Positions 25,891 to 39,433 of a stretch of 64,000 nucleotides of DNA are shown here, one piece after another. Below the pieces are notes generated by a model. It was given only the letters and a program-made list of their open reading frames with translations. It ran no database searches and had not been told where the DNA came from. Made by a program: the position numbers and the translations under genes. Origin of the DNA: Tubulanus polymorphus (Eukaryota > Animalia > Nemertea); NCBI RefSeq assembly GCF_964204645.1, contig NC_134025.1, positions 14,260,001 to 14,324,000 on the forward strand, written 5' to 3'. Position 1 is the first letter of the stretch. Each line of letters starts with the position of its first letter.

Positions 25891-27630
25891 AGATGGCCTG
25901 TGGTCCCAAAATCGACTAAACCGCCCCCTAGTGACTCCCTTATCAGGGGTTCAGTGCCCAGAACCATTGAGAGGTCGTTTTCATCTCAGGCGGATAAAAT
26001 GAGATGGTCAAAACTGTGGTAGGCTTAGTTTAAGGAAAACCGATTTGAGCGAAATTGACTAAGTCAAGAATCCGTGAAAAACGACTAAGTCCAGTGAAAA
26101 CTGAAAGCCAAATCTTATTACCAAGTACACATTTTAAAAGATGACTATGTATGTGAAATAACAAAGAACTTACAGGTTCTTCAGCTACTGCCTCATCTCC
26201 AGGCGCTTTATCAGACGCTGTATTGTCTTTCCTTTTAGCGCTTATAAATCGAAAAACTTTGGACGACTGAAATAGCAAACAAGACAATTCGTTAGATAGA
26301 ATATTATAATTTGCGGCCAATTTCGTGTACTGGATCAACTTACAATCGACTGACTGTCCCCAGTCCCAAAGGATTTCATAACTTCTCTAGCCACGCTTTG
26401 AGTTTGTTTGACTTTTCCACCAATGACGTAATACTTATCGGCTGTATGCCTTCTGTGGGCCATTAGTTGTGCCAGGGTATCTGCGCTATCCGGATTTGCT
26501 GTTCTCGTTAGGGTGGTAGCCGATTTTCGGATGAGTTTGTTTGTTACAGGTTTTGATGTACCAGTAGATTGCTTCCAGAATCGTTGCAGGACACTTTAAG
26601 AGAACAGATTGCAGTTAATATTGAGACATTAAACTGAGACATACTAACTTCAAAAATACTCACCCGCTCATTTAATTTAATTTATTCCCTTGGAAATTAA
26701 CCCAAAGGGGCTTCTGGGGTCGTACGTTTCGGACGACTAGAGGCAGGATTTTCTCCACGTATAAGTCCAAAAGTCTCCCGAGATTTCCGGTCAAGTACAC
26801 AATAACCCCCCCATAAGTTGAGACGGTCTTATGGCCTCGTTCAGCGTCACCGGTCACCTGCATAAATTATAAAGTAATTATGGCACTTGAAACTTGAATA
26901 TATTTAGTATTACTTACCGTTACATAATACAGCTCCTCATCCTCATCTTCCCCCTCTACAGGTCGAATACGTGATATGTCGTCAACAGTAAGGTGATTTA
27001 CGACACCAGCACGTTGTGCATTTTGACTGCAGATAAGAGTTACCGTATGAATTCTGACGGCAGTAAACTGGGACATTGTTACTGTTTTGACGTTACCAGC
27101 TAGGAACTTTACTACATGCCTAGCTATGTGGACCCAAGCACTTGTTGCCAGTCATCTTAAGTTATGACATTCTCTGAAATGATTGAAATATATTTGTTAT
27201 AATTAGTATTACATACCGGCATCTTCGATATTTTTCCTTGCCGTCTGGACTTCTTTAGTTCGATTAAGCAACTTTCTCCAGTGTGAGAGCAGCTTCTCTA
27301 AAAGTTGCAGGTCATTTGTTGTTGAAAGGACTCCAAGGGTCTCTGAAAAAGGCGCATCAGTTAAAGAAAAAGTGATAAGCCAGTACCTAATTTACACTGT
27401 ACTTACATCTGCGAGAAATGTCAAGAATTCCGACATTGTATTCATATAGACTGTCGAAGTTGAAGCCTTGCAGCCATCTTCTACGAGTGCGAAAAAAAAT
27501 CTGGACGAATCCAGATACCAGTCAGTCGATGTTAGCGCACACCGGAGTTGTTGTTATTTTTGGTCGATAGCCCTTTGGCGTCGTTTTTCTCGAAGTTTTC
27601 ATAGTTGGATCTTCCGTTATAGCGGTTTTC

Positions 27631-27880
27631 TGGGGAGTTGTTCCTTCTGGCTGTGTTTTTTGGGCAGTTGTTTCTTCTGGTTGTGTTTTTTGGGGAGTTG
27701 TTTCTTCTGGCTGTTTTTTGGGGAGTTGTTTCTTCTGGTTGTGTTTTTGGGGGAGTTGTTTCTTCTGGCTGTGTTTTTTGGAGAGTTGTTTCTTCTGGTT
27801 GTGTTTTTGGGGGAGTTGTTTCTTCTGGTTGTGTTTTTGGGGGAGTTGTTTCTTCTGGCTGTGTTTTTTGGGGAGTTGTT
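27631..27880 (-). repeat. 30-bp coding minisatellite (PEETTPPKTQ, about 8 copies) in the YR gene
   Basis: GGGGAGTTGTTTCTTCTGGTTGTGTTTTT-like units; one unit carries a frameshifting deletion. Confidence 0.9.
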
Positions 27881-28974
27881 GTTATCGTGTTTTTCTGTTC
27901 ATCAATAATTTCTGTATCTACATCGGCGATCTCCATTTCATCGTCGTCATCGAGAACTGGTTCTAGGGAGTGTAATTATATTCATTAGACCATATCATTA
28001 TTATAATAGCTAGCTGAAGAACACATGAACTGACCGAATGTACATCTCTTTTCGTGGCGGGCCGCACGCACGAACATTACACCGCAAAAACGGCTGGTGC
28101 GGGATTTCGGTTTTCGTGCCCCTTTGTCGTCTTTGCGTTTAGACATGTACGTCGGCATAATTCGTCTGAAAAGTAAAATCAATTACATCGAGTTTGGGTT
28201 GGTTTGTCTAGGCTCGGGTTCCTGAGGCCAACATCTCAATTGTATGAATACTAACAGCCAATTGCGAGCACGGTATGGCGACCATAGATGTACTTTTCTC
28301 AAGTGCCTGCTCATTTGTTAAACTCGATCAGAGCACCCCATGACCGGACAGTCACGAGACTCGCGCGATTTTTTTACAGTTTCAAAGTCTGGCAGCAGTG
28401 GCTGTAGTACCAGCGGTGGCGGTGGTGCCAGAGGTGGCAGTGGTGCCAGTGGTGCCAGTGGTTGCAGTGGTCGGGTACGTTTCTCACTTTTTTTTCTCTC
28501 GGCTCGGTACTGGAGTCGGATAGTGGTGGCATTTGTTGTCTATGTCTCTTCTGAACGACCTTTTTATTCTTTCGCACAGGAGAACTTGTCTCTTCTCTCG
28601 ACCGGGGATTGGAGTCCGACGTATCTGAGGAATGAGAATCATCTGTTATACCTATTGGATAAAATGAAAATTAAACATAAGACAATAGGCTGCAGAAACT
28701 TCAGTCCGGCAGTACGTACAAATCATGTCCTCTTCCTCTTTCTTTTTAAACGAACAATGTCACTAAGTCCATCATCAAATGATTCTGCATGGAGCAAAGA
28801 AAAGAATCAAACATCATTATATTCATGATGTGAAATGTGGTTTCTCTGTTGAATTCAAGTGATAAAAAAGTGCATTACTTTGTGCTTCGTCCTCTTTTTT
28901 TTCTGATTCATCGACTTGTTCTGATTCATCCACTGCGATTAAAGTGGTATCATTAAAGCGGGTATTCAATATTT

Positions 28975-29430
28975 GCTCTGATTCATCGACTTGTTCCGAT
29001 ATATCCACTTTTGGTTCTGATTCAACGACTTTTGGTTCTGGTTTCGACGACTTTTGGTTCTGATTCGACGACTTTTGGTTCTGATTCGACGACTCTTTGT
29101 TCTGGAACGTCCACTTTTGGTTCTGGTTCGAGGACTTTTGGTTCTGATTCGACGACTTTTTGTTCTGGAACGTCCACTTTTGGTTCTAATTCGACGACTT
29201 TTGGTTCTGATTCGACGACTTTTTGTTCCGATATGTCCACTTTTGGTTTTGATTCATCGATTCTTTTACATAACACAATAGGCTGCATAAACTTCATTCC
29301 TTTACAAAGTGATAATGATAATCTTCCTGATTCATCCACTTTCCATTCATCCACTTTGTCGGAGTCCGTAGATTCGTTGGAGTCCATAGATTCGTTGGAG
29401 TCCGTAGATTCGTCAGAGTCCATTGATTCG
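28975..29430 (-). repeat. 21-bp (PKVVESE) and 18-bp (ESMDSN) coding repeats at the YR gene N-terminus
   Basis: ORF 29022-29483 translation. Confidence 0.85.
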
Positions 29431-29478
29431 CTTGTGTAGTAATCCATTATAACTAAGAAATAGGAAATTTTATAACCA

Positions 29479-29929
29479 GGCAAATATGTCTATTTTAACG
29501 ATTTTTGGTCACCTGAAAAAAATATTTTTAGGGTATCTAGCGCGTTGAAATTACCAGGGTACATGCATAAGTATCTTATCTACACTAAACAATTTTGACC
29601 TAGGGTTTAAGTCTCTCTAGAAAAGCTGCGGTCTGCTCCGGGTGCCAAAAACTGGCAAATATGTCTATTTTAACAATTTTCGGGCACCTGAAAAAAATAT
29701 TTCTAGGGTACCTCCTAGCGCGTTGAAATTACCAGGGTACATGCATAAGTATCTTATCTATACTAAACAATTTTGACCTAGGGTCTAAGTTTCTCTAGAA
29801 AAGCTGCGGCCTGCTCCGGGTGCCAAAAACTGGCAAATATGTCTATTTTGAGTATTATGTCTAGAAAATATTTCTAGGGTACATAGCGCGTTGAAATTAC
29901 CAGGGTACATGCATAAATATCTTATCTAT
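29479..29929. repeat. Tandem array, units of 175 and 178 bp, about 2.5 copies
   Basis: GGCAAATATGTCTATTTT at 29479, 29654 and 29832. Confidence 0.9.
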
Positions 29930-30251
29930 CGAAAAACAAAGTAAACCGAAAAAGATTTTTTGTTTAATAAAATTGATTAATTTGTATTCATCGTTACCAA
30001 CTAAAACGTCTATTTTTTTAACGTCGGAGCACGAATGAATGTCTCTAAACTAACTAATAAGATGCTTGAATAATTGTACTTGCCGTTTATGTCCTTTAGA
30101 TAATCCAAATTGCGTTTATAATCCTTTAAATTGAGCAGAAACTTTACGTAGCAGACGGATTTATATCACAACGAGCAGACACCTATTTGCTAATTACTGC
30201 AAGGAGTCATACTGAAAATGTTAAAATGAGCGTCTAATATACGCCAAAATA

Positions 30252-31200
30252 CACTAAGTTGAGACCTGAAAACCGACCCCCTTCTAACATCTCCTACAAC
30301 CTTAATACTGGCCCCAGGGCCCTGAAACTTTTCAGGGACCTAGAAAAGGGTCTTTTACAAATACCCAAACATTAATAAATGACCCTAGGCCCTTGGTTGT
30401 GGAGCTAGAAACTTTATCACGCGGCCATACCTGGATCTGTGACGGCCACGCGACCACATTCTCGGGACCAACTCGACCCTAAATATAGGCCCCTAGGGCT
30501 CTGAAACTTCTTGAGTCTTTAGAAGGGGCCCTGTAGATGATACAGAACTATTAAAACCCTGTGTGCGTTGGTCCTTTGGGTCTGGGTAGGCCGTGCCCCT
30601 AACCGCGAAAATCAGACGTGAAAATGCACTAAGTTGAGACCTGAAAAACGACCGCCCTTCTAACATCTCCTACGACCTTAATAGTGGCCCTAGGGCTCTG
30701 AAACATTTTAGGGACCTAGAGGAGGGTCTCCCACAAATACGCAAACATCAAAAAATGACCCTAGGCCTATGGTTGCGGAGCTAGAAATTTTATCGCGCGG
30801 CCATACCTGGGGTCTGAGACGTCTGATCGACCACACTCTCGGGACCAGCTCGAACCTTGATATTGGCCCTAAGGCTCTAAAACTTCTCGGGTATTTAGAA
30901 GGGGGTCGTCTAGCTCATACAGAACAATTTAAACCCTGCGCGCGGGGGCCCGTTGGGTCTGGGCAGGCCATGCCCAAATCTGCGACGCGAAAATGCACTA
31001 AGTTGAGACCTGAAAAATGACCCACCTTCTAACCTTAATAGTGGCCCTAGGGCTATGAAACTTCTCAGGGACCTAGGGGAGGGTCTCTTACAAATACGCA
31101 AACATCAAAAAATGACCCTAGGCCTGTGGTTGCGGAGCTAGAAATTTTATCGTGCGGCCGTACCAGGGGTCTAAAACGGCCGCACGACAACTTTCTGGGG
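30252..31200. repeat. Tandem array, units of 375 and 369 bp (each made of two related halves), about 2.5 copies
   Basis: CACTAAGTTGAGACCTGAAAA at 30252, 30627 and 30996; GGCCC(C)TAGGGCTCTGAAACTT-like motif twice per unit. Confidence 0.9.
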
Positions 31201-33561
31201 ACTCGCTGGGGTGGTCGCGCGTCCGTCAGAGACCCCCGGTAAGTCCGTGCACCAAATGGTAGAATGCTGCTAGGTTGCCCTGCCCAAAACGCTAAAATCG
31301 ATGAAATAGATGTAAGTCCAGACCAGAAAAGAGATGAAAGTCCAGACCTGAAACATACCCCCTTAAAACTTGTTGTAATTCCCTTAAGGATGCTCGTAGT
31401 GGCGTGAGATAGGAGATCTCAGGCAGATAGAAGAGACCCTTAGGCAAGTGTACAACCTTTGAAAAGGCATTGTCAATGAGTCAGATAACTCGTGGTGCCC
31501 CCTGCAAAAATTGACAAAAAAGTGCAACAAACGGAGACATTTTTTTACTTAGAAACTTTAAACATTAAAATAAAATTCCATAAACAGTATTTCCTTAAAG
31601 ACGATAATGGCCTGATCATTTAATGTAAAATTCGTGTATATTCGTGCATAGGGGGCGCTTTGTTAGTCGATTTAGTGTAAAAAAATAGCCGAAAAACGAC
31701 AAATTTGAGCGACCATATTTGAATGTCTCCCATTACTTTATTAGGAATGCTAGGGCCTTGACACTTGGTAGGCAGATAAATTAGGGTCTTGTGTAACTGG
31801 ACAAACTCGAAAAACGAATGCGCAACTTCCTGTTTGGTAGCAGGGCCCCCTAGACTTTAAAGTGAACTAACTGAAAAAATGGACTTTGAAAAAGCTTTTA
31901 ACCATCGGATGACTTAAGAACATGAAAAAGAGTCGAATTACGTTTAGAAAACGAGTTAATCTCAAAACCGGAAGTAGTTATGAGGGTTTGAATATTTGAC
32001 AAAGCATTGATGGCTTTTGGTACCCTAGTCATTTTCATAAAATTGCGATAATTACTTAACAAATAGGGTTAGACCAGATTAGTTTTGTGCAACGTTTTAA
32101 CGATGTTATAAGCTTTAATTTGAAACCAAGTTTTAAAGATAATTCCAAAAAATAAAAAAGTTACAAACGTTTTTGTGATTCAAAATTCGACCCCAGGCTG
32201 AAATTATGCCCTAAAATTCATTTCTACTTCCAATAACCCCTGGGGTTAGTTAGATAGAAGAATCATAAATGTTGATTCATTTGATTCTAACGCAAAAGCG
32301 CCACCTTTTAGAAAAATGTTGGCCTCTGGAAGCTCCGTACCTCACTTGCCACAACGTAAAACTCGAATAACTTTTGATCCGGTAGAGATATTTTGATTTC
32401 GTTTTTTTTCAAAAGACGTATCTCCATCTAAGAGCCACTTTTATTCTCGGTTTTTGACATTCTGTAGAGAAATAAAAAATTATTTTGAGTTGAACATGTA
32501 ACTCAGATATCGGGAAATTCGAGTGAAATCCGTAGTTGACTGCATATGACGGGCCATAACGTGCGCCAGAAATCCAAACCAAATTTTTAGGGTTCCCCTA
32601 GGTAATTGTTGTGTGCTCCACAATGCAACTCAAACTTTCACCCACAAATTTTGGCGTAAATCCCCCCTCAAGAACGACCCGTGGCTTTTGGAACCCCTTT
32701 ATATAAAAGTGAACATAACTCGAAAAGTATTAGAGATAATCCATTTCTGTAAACGGGACACTGTAGAACGCCCCCTTACTCATTTTAAACGTGATAGGAA
32801 CGTTATAACCCCAGTAGTTTTCGAGTTATGGCCAATTATGTCGACGGTCTGAGAGGCCAAAACGCGTACCGCAGGGTTAGCCAGGGCAACTTATTTCCCA
32901 CCCGAATTTCACTCTATATATTCACGTGGGCCACTTTTAAGCCATTCTAAAGCCATTCCGACTAGTTTCGCTAACCCCCTACATTATTAGGGCTAGGATT
33001 AGGGTAAGGTGAGGCTATATTTAGTTAAAATATTCGACCGGTTTCCAACGAGCTCGGTGGTCTAGTGGTATTATTCTGCACTAGTAATTAACTGGCCCGG
33101 GTTAGAGTCTCGCTCTATCCGCCCTATTTTTCCTAACTCGATTCTCCACACTTGCCTTGATTTTTCTAAGTCGCGCACCCTAGTGCGCATGCGCAACGTG
33201 AATTAGCCAATCAGAATGAAACGTCGTAAATATAGCTAGTGTCGTCCGTTTACGGCATCGTAAAAATAGCCTGAGCATTTTTTGTTTCTGAGTGCAAATT
33301 CCTCACTGAACACATTTATTAGACCAGCCATAGGCTGAGCCTATTACTATACAAATGGAGCGAATTTAAATGACATGGTTTCAAGAGCAAAGGCTCTTTG
33401 AATGTGCAACTGGGCATATATTCATACAGATCATTCATTAAAGCATTATCCATTCTCCAAACTCTACGTAGCTGAATTTTGAAAGAGGGCCTCGTTAAAA
33501 TTTATATGAGCTTTTTCGCGAATATCTGATCGCAAAAATATCGGTTTTGAAAAGCCAATCA

Positions 33562-35034
<1,473 letters not shown>

Positions 35035-35996
35035 TTAAAGTCAATAAGACCAAGGGAAAAGATTTATTTGAGGTATTTGTTCCTGCCAGATCCAGTCGCT
35101 GTCTGTGCTACTTTTGTATTCTACGATTGTATTGTGTAAATTATTAGATATTGACTCTGAGCTGGGAGTGTATTTTGAAAAATTTAACCCACAGAATGCA
35201 TCATCATTTGCCATTATATGAAAAGCTGACAGGCTGGCCATAGTGCCCCTTGGGGCTCTCGTTTTAGATCATGCGTAATGAACGCCAATTTAGCGGTTAA
35301 TACAAATCATTACATCTACCTGCGCATAAATACACCATCAATGCTGAGCCTGTTAGCGTAAGTACGCGTGTAGGTACAGCCATACACACGTTAATGCCGA
35401 CACTGGCTTGCATTTCAAAAGTTAAGAACAAAATTTTAGAAATATTTGTGATCTGATTTACACCAAATAAACCTTTAAAGTAAGGTATTTAGCATCGGAT
35501 ATTGTGCTGAAAATTCCAGATTGATACACTGCATAGTTTTTCAAGTAAGCACATTGTTTGTGTCAACCAATACGTTGATAGACAGGCAGACTCAGCTGCG
35601 CGCCTCATTTTATTGATGATGTCAGATGTAAACAGTAACATTACCACGTGCGTAATGCAAACGAAAAACAAATTGAATTTTTTAAAACAAATTTCTCTAA
35701 TGGAATATCAATTTCTTTTCATAATTTGCCTTTCTTTTATGTAGTTTATAATCTATACATCGGACTTTGCTTCTTTGAACCTCAGGACTTTGAAGTCCTT
35801 TTGTTATCATTTTTGGATCAGCACAAATCAAATTTTGTTTTAGTGCATCATTATATTGTTGTGGGTTATATGTAATGTATATTTCATTGATATATCATTT
35901 GTAATGCGTACATGAAAATTAGATTTTGATTGAGGGTATTTTTTGCGTTCTTAATCTAAAGCAAATAAGGTGATTTATTTCTGTTTTCCTAACCAG

Positions 35997-36155
35997 GGTG
36001 TGCTTGACTTGTTGGCCAATCGATGTCTAGCTTCTGGAACCAATGCCTGGACTGACACAGATCATACATGTTACACTATGACGAATGCTGGTAGTGAAGG
36101 TTTTCTGCAATTAATGCCAGTTTACTTAGACCATATTCTCTACCCTACCCTGACG
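35997..36155 (+). CDS. Next exon of the M16 peptidase
   Basis: ttttcctaaccag|GGT...ACG|gtgagt; 159 bp, GVLDLLANRCLASGTNAWTDTDHTCYTMTNAGSEGFLQLMPVYLDHILYPTLT (NAxT motif of M16). Joins the previous exon in frame. Confidence 0.93.
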
Positions 36156-36298
36156 GTGAGTTAATTAACTTAATAGATTCTGTAGTACTAAGGAAAGCAG
36201 TGAATATTTTTAGTATATGATAATTTTTAGCCCTGTAGGCTATTGTGTTCACTTTCCTTTCGCCATCCATCCGTTCATCCGAAGACGGAATCAAGTTG

Positions 36299-36715
36299 TT
36301 ATACCCCGTAACGAAGTGTAGGGAGGGTATACTGGAGTCAGGTTGTCCGTCGTCCGTCCGTGGACACAATCTTGTCCGGAGATCTTCTAAACTACCGACT
36401 CTCTCTTGTAACTGTACACATTGTCTGAATATGTAGTTGTTATTGAGCTTTTTATTTTGTGATTGGATCCAAGATGGCGGCCATATTTGTCTCTTGGATG
36501 CTTAATACATGAAAAAAATGATGTTAGATAAACTTCTAAATGAAGCAGATTTGATAATGAAAATGTGTTTCAGATATGTAGTTGGTGGATAGTAGTTATA
36601 GGCCCTGTGCAAAGTTTCAAGGTCCCATCCTTGATATTCCATGTGGTCACCAGGGAGTGCTCAATACATGAAAATGTGATGACTTCAGATCACATTGTGA
36701 ATGAAACATATTTCA

Positions 36716-36718
<3 letters not shown>
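36299..36718 (+). mobile_element. 5' part of a DINE-1/HINE-like element, family C
   Basis: TTATACCCCGTAACGAAGTGTAGGGAGGGTATACTGG followed by GTCCGTCGTCCGTCCGT; truncated at the (TA)n tract. Confidence 0.65.

Positions 36719-36807
<89 letters not shown>
36719..36807. repeat. (TA)n microsatellite, continued at 37390-37410
   Basis: Read directly. Confidence 0.98.
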
Positions 36808-36809
<2 letters not shown>

Positions 36810-37389
36810 GTAAAAACCGGCGTATAAGTCGAGTTTTTAACCCTTGATTTTACCAGTAAATTATTGACCTCGACTTATACGCTGAGTACAGTTTTCTACG
36901 AAGTATTTTCAGGTTCAAAGAAATATTGATTCTACCAGACAAAAAAGACTATAACAGTGCTATAACAGTTTGAATAATTATTCATGATAAATAAAGTTAT
37001 TTAATGAAAAAAAACTTCTTTCATTTTGACACAGCTTCATTTAAAACGATGTATTCATATATGCGCGCTCATAGCAGCGCTTGATACATTAGGCTATATA
37101 TAGCATGTGACTCACACTACTGTATCACTGTATGGTAGTGTATTATACCTGAGTGTGTGTAACAGTCTATTTATTAACACACAGCAGCAATCAGGCTGAC
37201 GCGTGGCGGCGTGTGTGAAGGCACACATCGTTATCAAAACAAACTATTCAATACAATGATACTAGTAATTGTTCTTCTAAGAGAAGGGACTCGACTTATA
37301 AGCCGGATATATGTTAAAATCATAAAATGTAGGTCTAAAAATCGACCTCGACTTATACGCCACGTAGACTTATACGCCGGTTTTTACGG
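36808..37389. mobile_element. Tc1/mariner-pogo-type MITE inserted in (TA)n
   Basis: TIR CCGTAAAAACCGGCGTATAAGTC / GACTTATACGCCGGTTTTTACGG, TA flanks, internal CTCGACTTATA sub-repeats. Confidence 0.9.
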
Positions 37390-39132
37390 TATATATATAT
37401 ATATATATATTGGGTTGAATGCTGATAAAAGTTGATCACAATAATATTAAAAAGATTTTTGAATAATCTATCAATAATTCTTTTGGATATATTTATTTTA
37501 CAAGGTATATTAATATGTGGATGACTACATCACTTGTGCAGCGGTCAATGACAATCCTGTACCCCCCTAGTCAGGACATCGACACTATTTTTATTTCCTT
37601 GATGTCAGGATTCGACATCAGAACACCACTATTTTAAACATTATTCGACAGAGTATCACCCATCCAATATCGGGTAACGACATCTTATCGCAATAAGTTT
37701 TATTTCAAATTCTAAAAACATCTTGGTGTTATAGTGTGTTGTGTGCTGCCTTTCTTTTGCCATTATAACCCCACCATGCCTTATGCTTTGCTTTTTCTGT
37801 AAAATACATGTCCACTTTTTATGCATGAAACCAATTGAGATCCATGATAAACAACCTGCCTCTTCCTTTCTGCTTCAAATTCTAAAAAGCCAAGAGCAAG
37901 AAAGCATGTCTGTCCCCAGTCAGATAGAAGGGGGAGGGAATAATGGCAAAATTCTACAGATGCGTCGTCACTTGCCAGCAGTTCAGTCACTTAGAACCAG
38001 TCGCCATACATGGAGCAGAAGCAGAGGTTCCGAACCGATGGCACGTGATGAATCCACACGTTCCATGAAAATTAAAAAAAGCCAGCAAATATCATAAAAT
38101 CTGAAATCGGGCATTGAATTTTCCTATAGAATTGTCCTGGGGATTTTTGACAGATGAGAAGAATAATAATAAAATGTTAGACACAGGTAGGTACAGTATG
38201 AATTAACTTTATTAAGAATAAAAAATGGATTTTCAACCCTTGATACAGTTTTCTGTACATAAACAAAGTACATGGACAGGAATGATACGGCCTCCACTAT
38301 CTAGAAATAACTAGGCCGGCCAAGTAATAAAATTTGTATAGAATATACAGTACGAGTTAAATCGATAACAAAAACAGCAGTGGTGAGTGTACAGTTTTAA
38401 ATGCATATAGTAGGGACAGACTACTATAACAAGCCAATTTCCTAAGCCCTAATGTAGCTTAGATATTCTGACATAAACATATTGAGGTAAAAGAAATAGA
38501 AAATTAGAGAAGGAACCCTTCTATCTAAAAACCGCTCAATTCCCCCATTTGTCTACTTTGTAGTTGTTCTGGTGTGGATAGATTGACAATACTGAGGCAA
38601 GAGAAATACACTCAGACCTGCATACACTGAATATTCCGTTAGTGTTTCCAAAGTTGCCTTTTATCCACAATGAACAACAAAATGGACAACTGGGGAATCG
38701 TAACAAACATGAATACTGACTATAATTAGACTTAACCTAGTTTATGGAGCTCAGTCTGTTGTCTGCACCCACCCCAAAACGATCAGCACTAACACAAATT
38801 ATGGCAGGACGATCAAAATTTTCCAGGTATAAATTCTTTCTTTAGGATTCTAACAATTTATCATTCTAAATTATCTAAAAGCACTGGAATGCCTAATTTC
38901 AAGATTAAAATGATGGTGTAAAGAAGGCACATGGGTAGGACACAGACAACAGGCAATTAGCTGAATTTGTACAACTTCCATTTAGGTATAAAGTCATACA
39001 CATGATAGATATATCTCATTCCCTGAGATCAACTCTGCAGTATTCACACGTAGTTTTAATTCTCTTCATACCCATAACTGAAAGTAGACAAATAGTTTAA
39101 ATTTGAATTGATGTATCAAAGTCTACCAAGTA

Positions 39133-39272
39133 CAGAAGACTCCGCCTAAACCGGTACAATTGGTACTTTCATTTTTCAACGGTTTAATGAAGCGCAAAAA
39201 TCAATGTAGCAAACGGAAAATGTATTTTTATTTTACTGAATTGAACGGTACCGGTTTGGACGGAGTCTACTG
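39133..39272. mobile_element. 140-bp Tc1/mariner-type MITE, TA TSD
   Basis: TA|CAGAAGACTCCGCCTAAACCGGTAC ... GTACCGGTTTGGACGGAGTCTACTG|TA. Confidence 0.85.
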
Positions 39273-39433
39273 TACATCTGAATATCTATTTAACATTATC
39301 AGCAGCGCGTGCAGCCCTCGTGGCTACCGCTCTCTCAGCTCCCCTCCTAGACTTATGCACTTCAACTAAATGTTTATAGTAAAACAAAACTTTTGCCGGA
39401 GAAGGACACAATATTTTGGATAGGCAATCAATT

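Larger units (their letters stand above)
26059..29483 (-). pseudogene. Intron-containing tyrosine recombinase gene (CryptonV-like), disrupted
   Basis: Manual splicing gives CPVMGCSDRV*QMSRHLRKVH (C2H2), LVEDGCKASTSTVYMNTMSEFLTFL (core-binding-like), NAQRAGVVNHLT (R), HKTVSTYG (K), TNKLIRKSATT (R) and LAQLMAHRRHTADKYY (H, Y). GT-AG introns at 28166-28255, 27343-27406, 27174-27216, 26858-26917, 26594-26663, 26267-26343 and 26101-26173. Outer gene ends are approximate. Confidence 0.85.
25895..32965 (-). mobile_element. Putative Crypton-like element carrying the YR gene and upstream tandem arrays (boundaries uncertain)
   Basis: YR gene abuts a LINE remnant at about 25890 and continues into 175-178 bp and 369-375 bp arrays; no TSD or clear termini found. 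Confidence 0.45.

Noticed and set aside
27468-27988. Plus-strand hydrophobic or Cys-rich ORFs (FFWLCF, VVSSGCVF)
   Set aside because: Antisense frames of the 30-bp coding repeat of the YR gene.
27532-29483. Host mucin-, titin- or neurofilament-like gene
   Set aside because: The repeats are collinear with zinc-finger and YR catalytic exons on the same strand, with inactivating lesions.
33047-33112. Second tRNA-like segment (TGGTCTAGTGG ... GGTTAGAGTC)
   Set aside because: Degenerate B box and no cloverleaf; at most an old SINE head.
36565-36813. ORF with IYIYIY run, and the short ORFs inside family A copies
   Set aside because: Translations of a microsatellite or of non-coding repeats.
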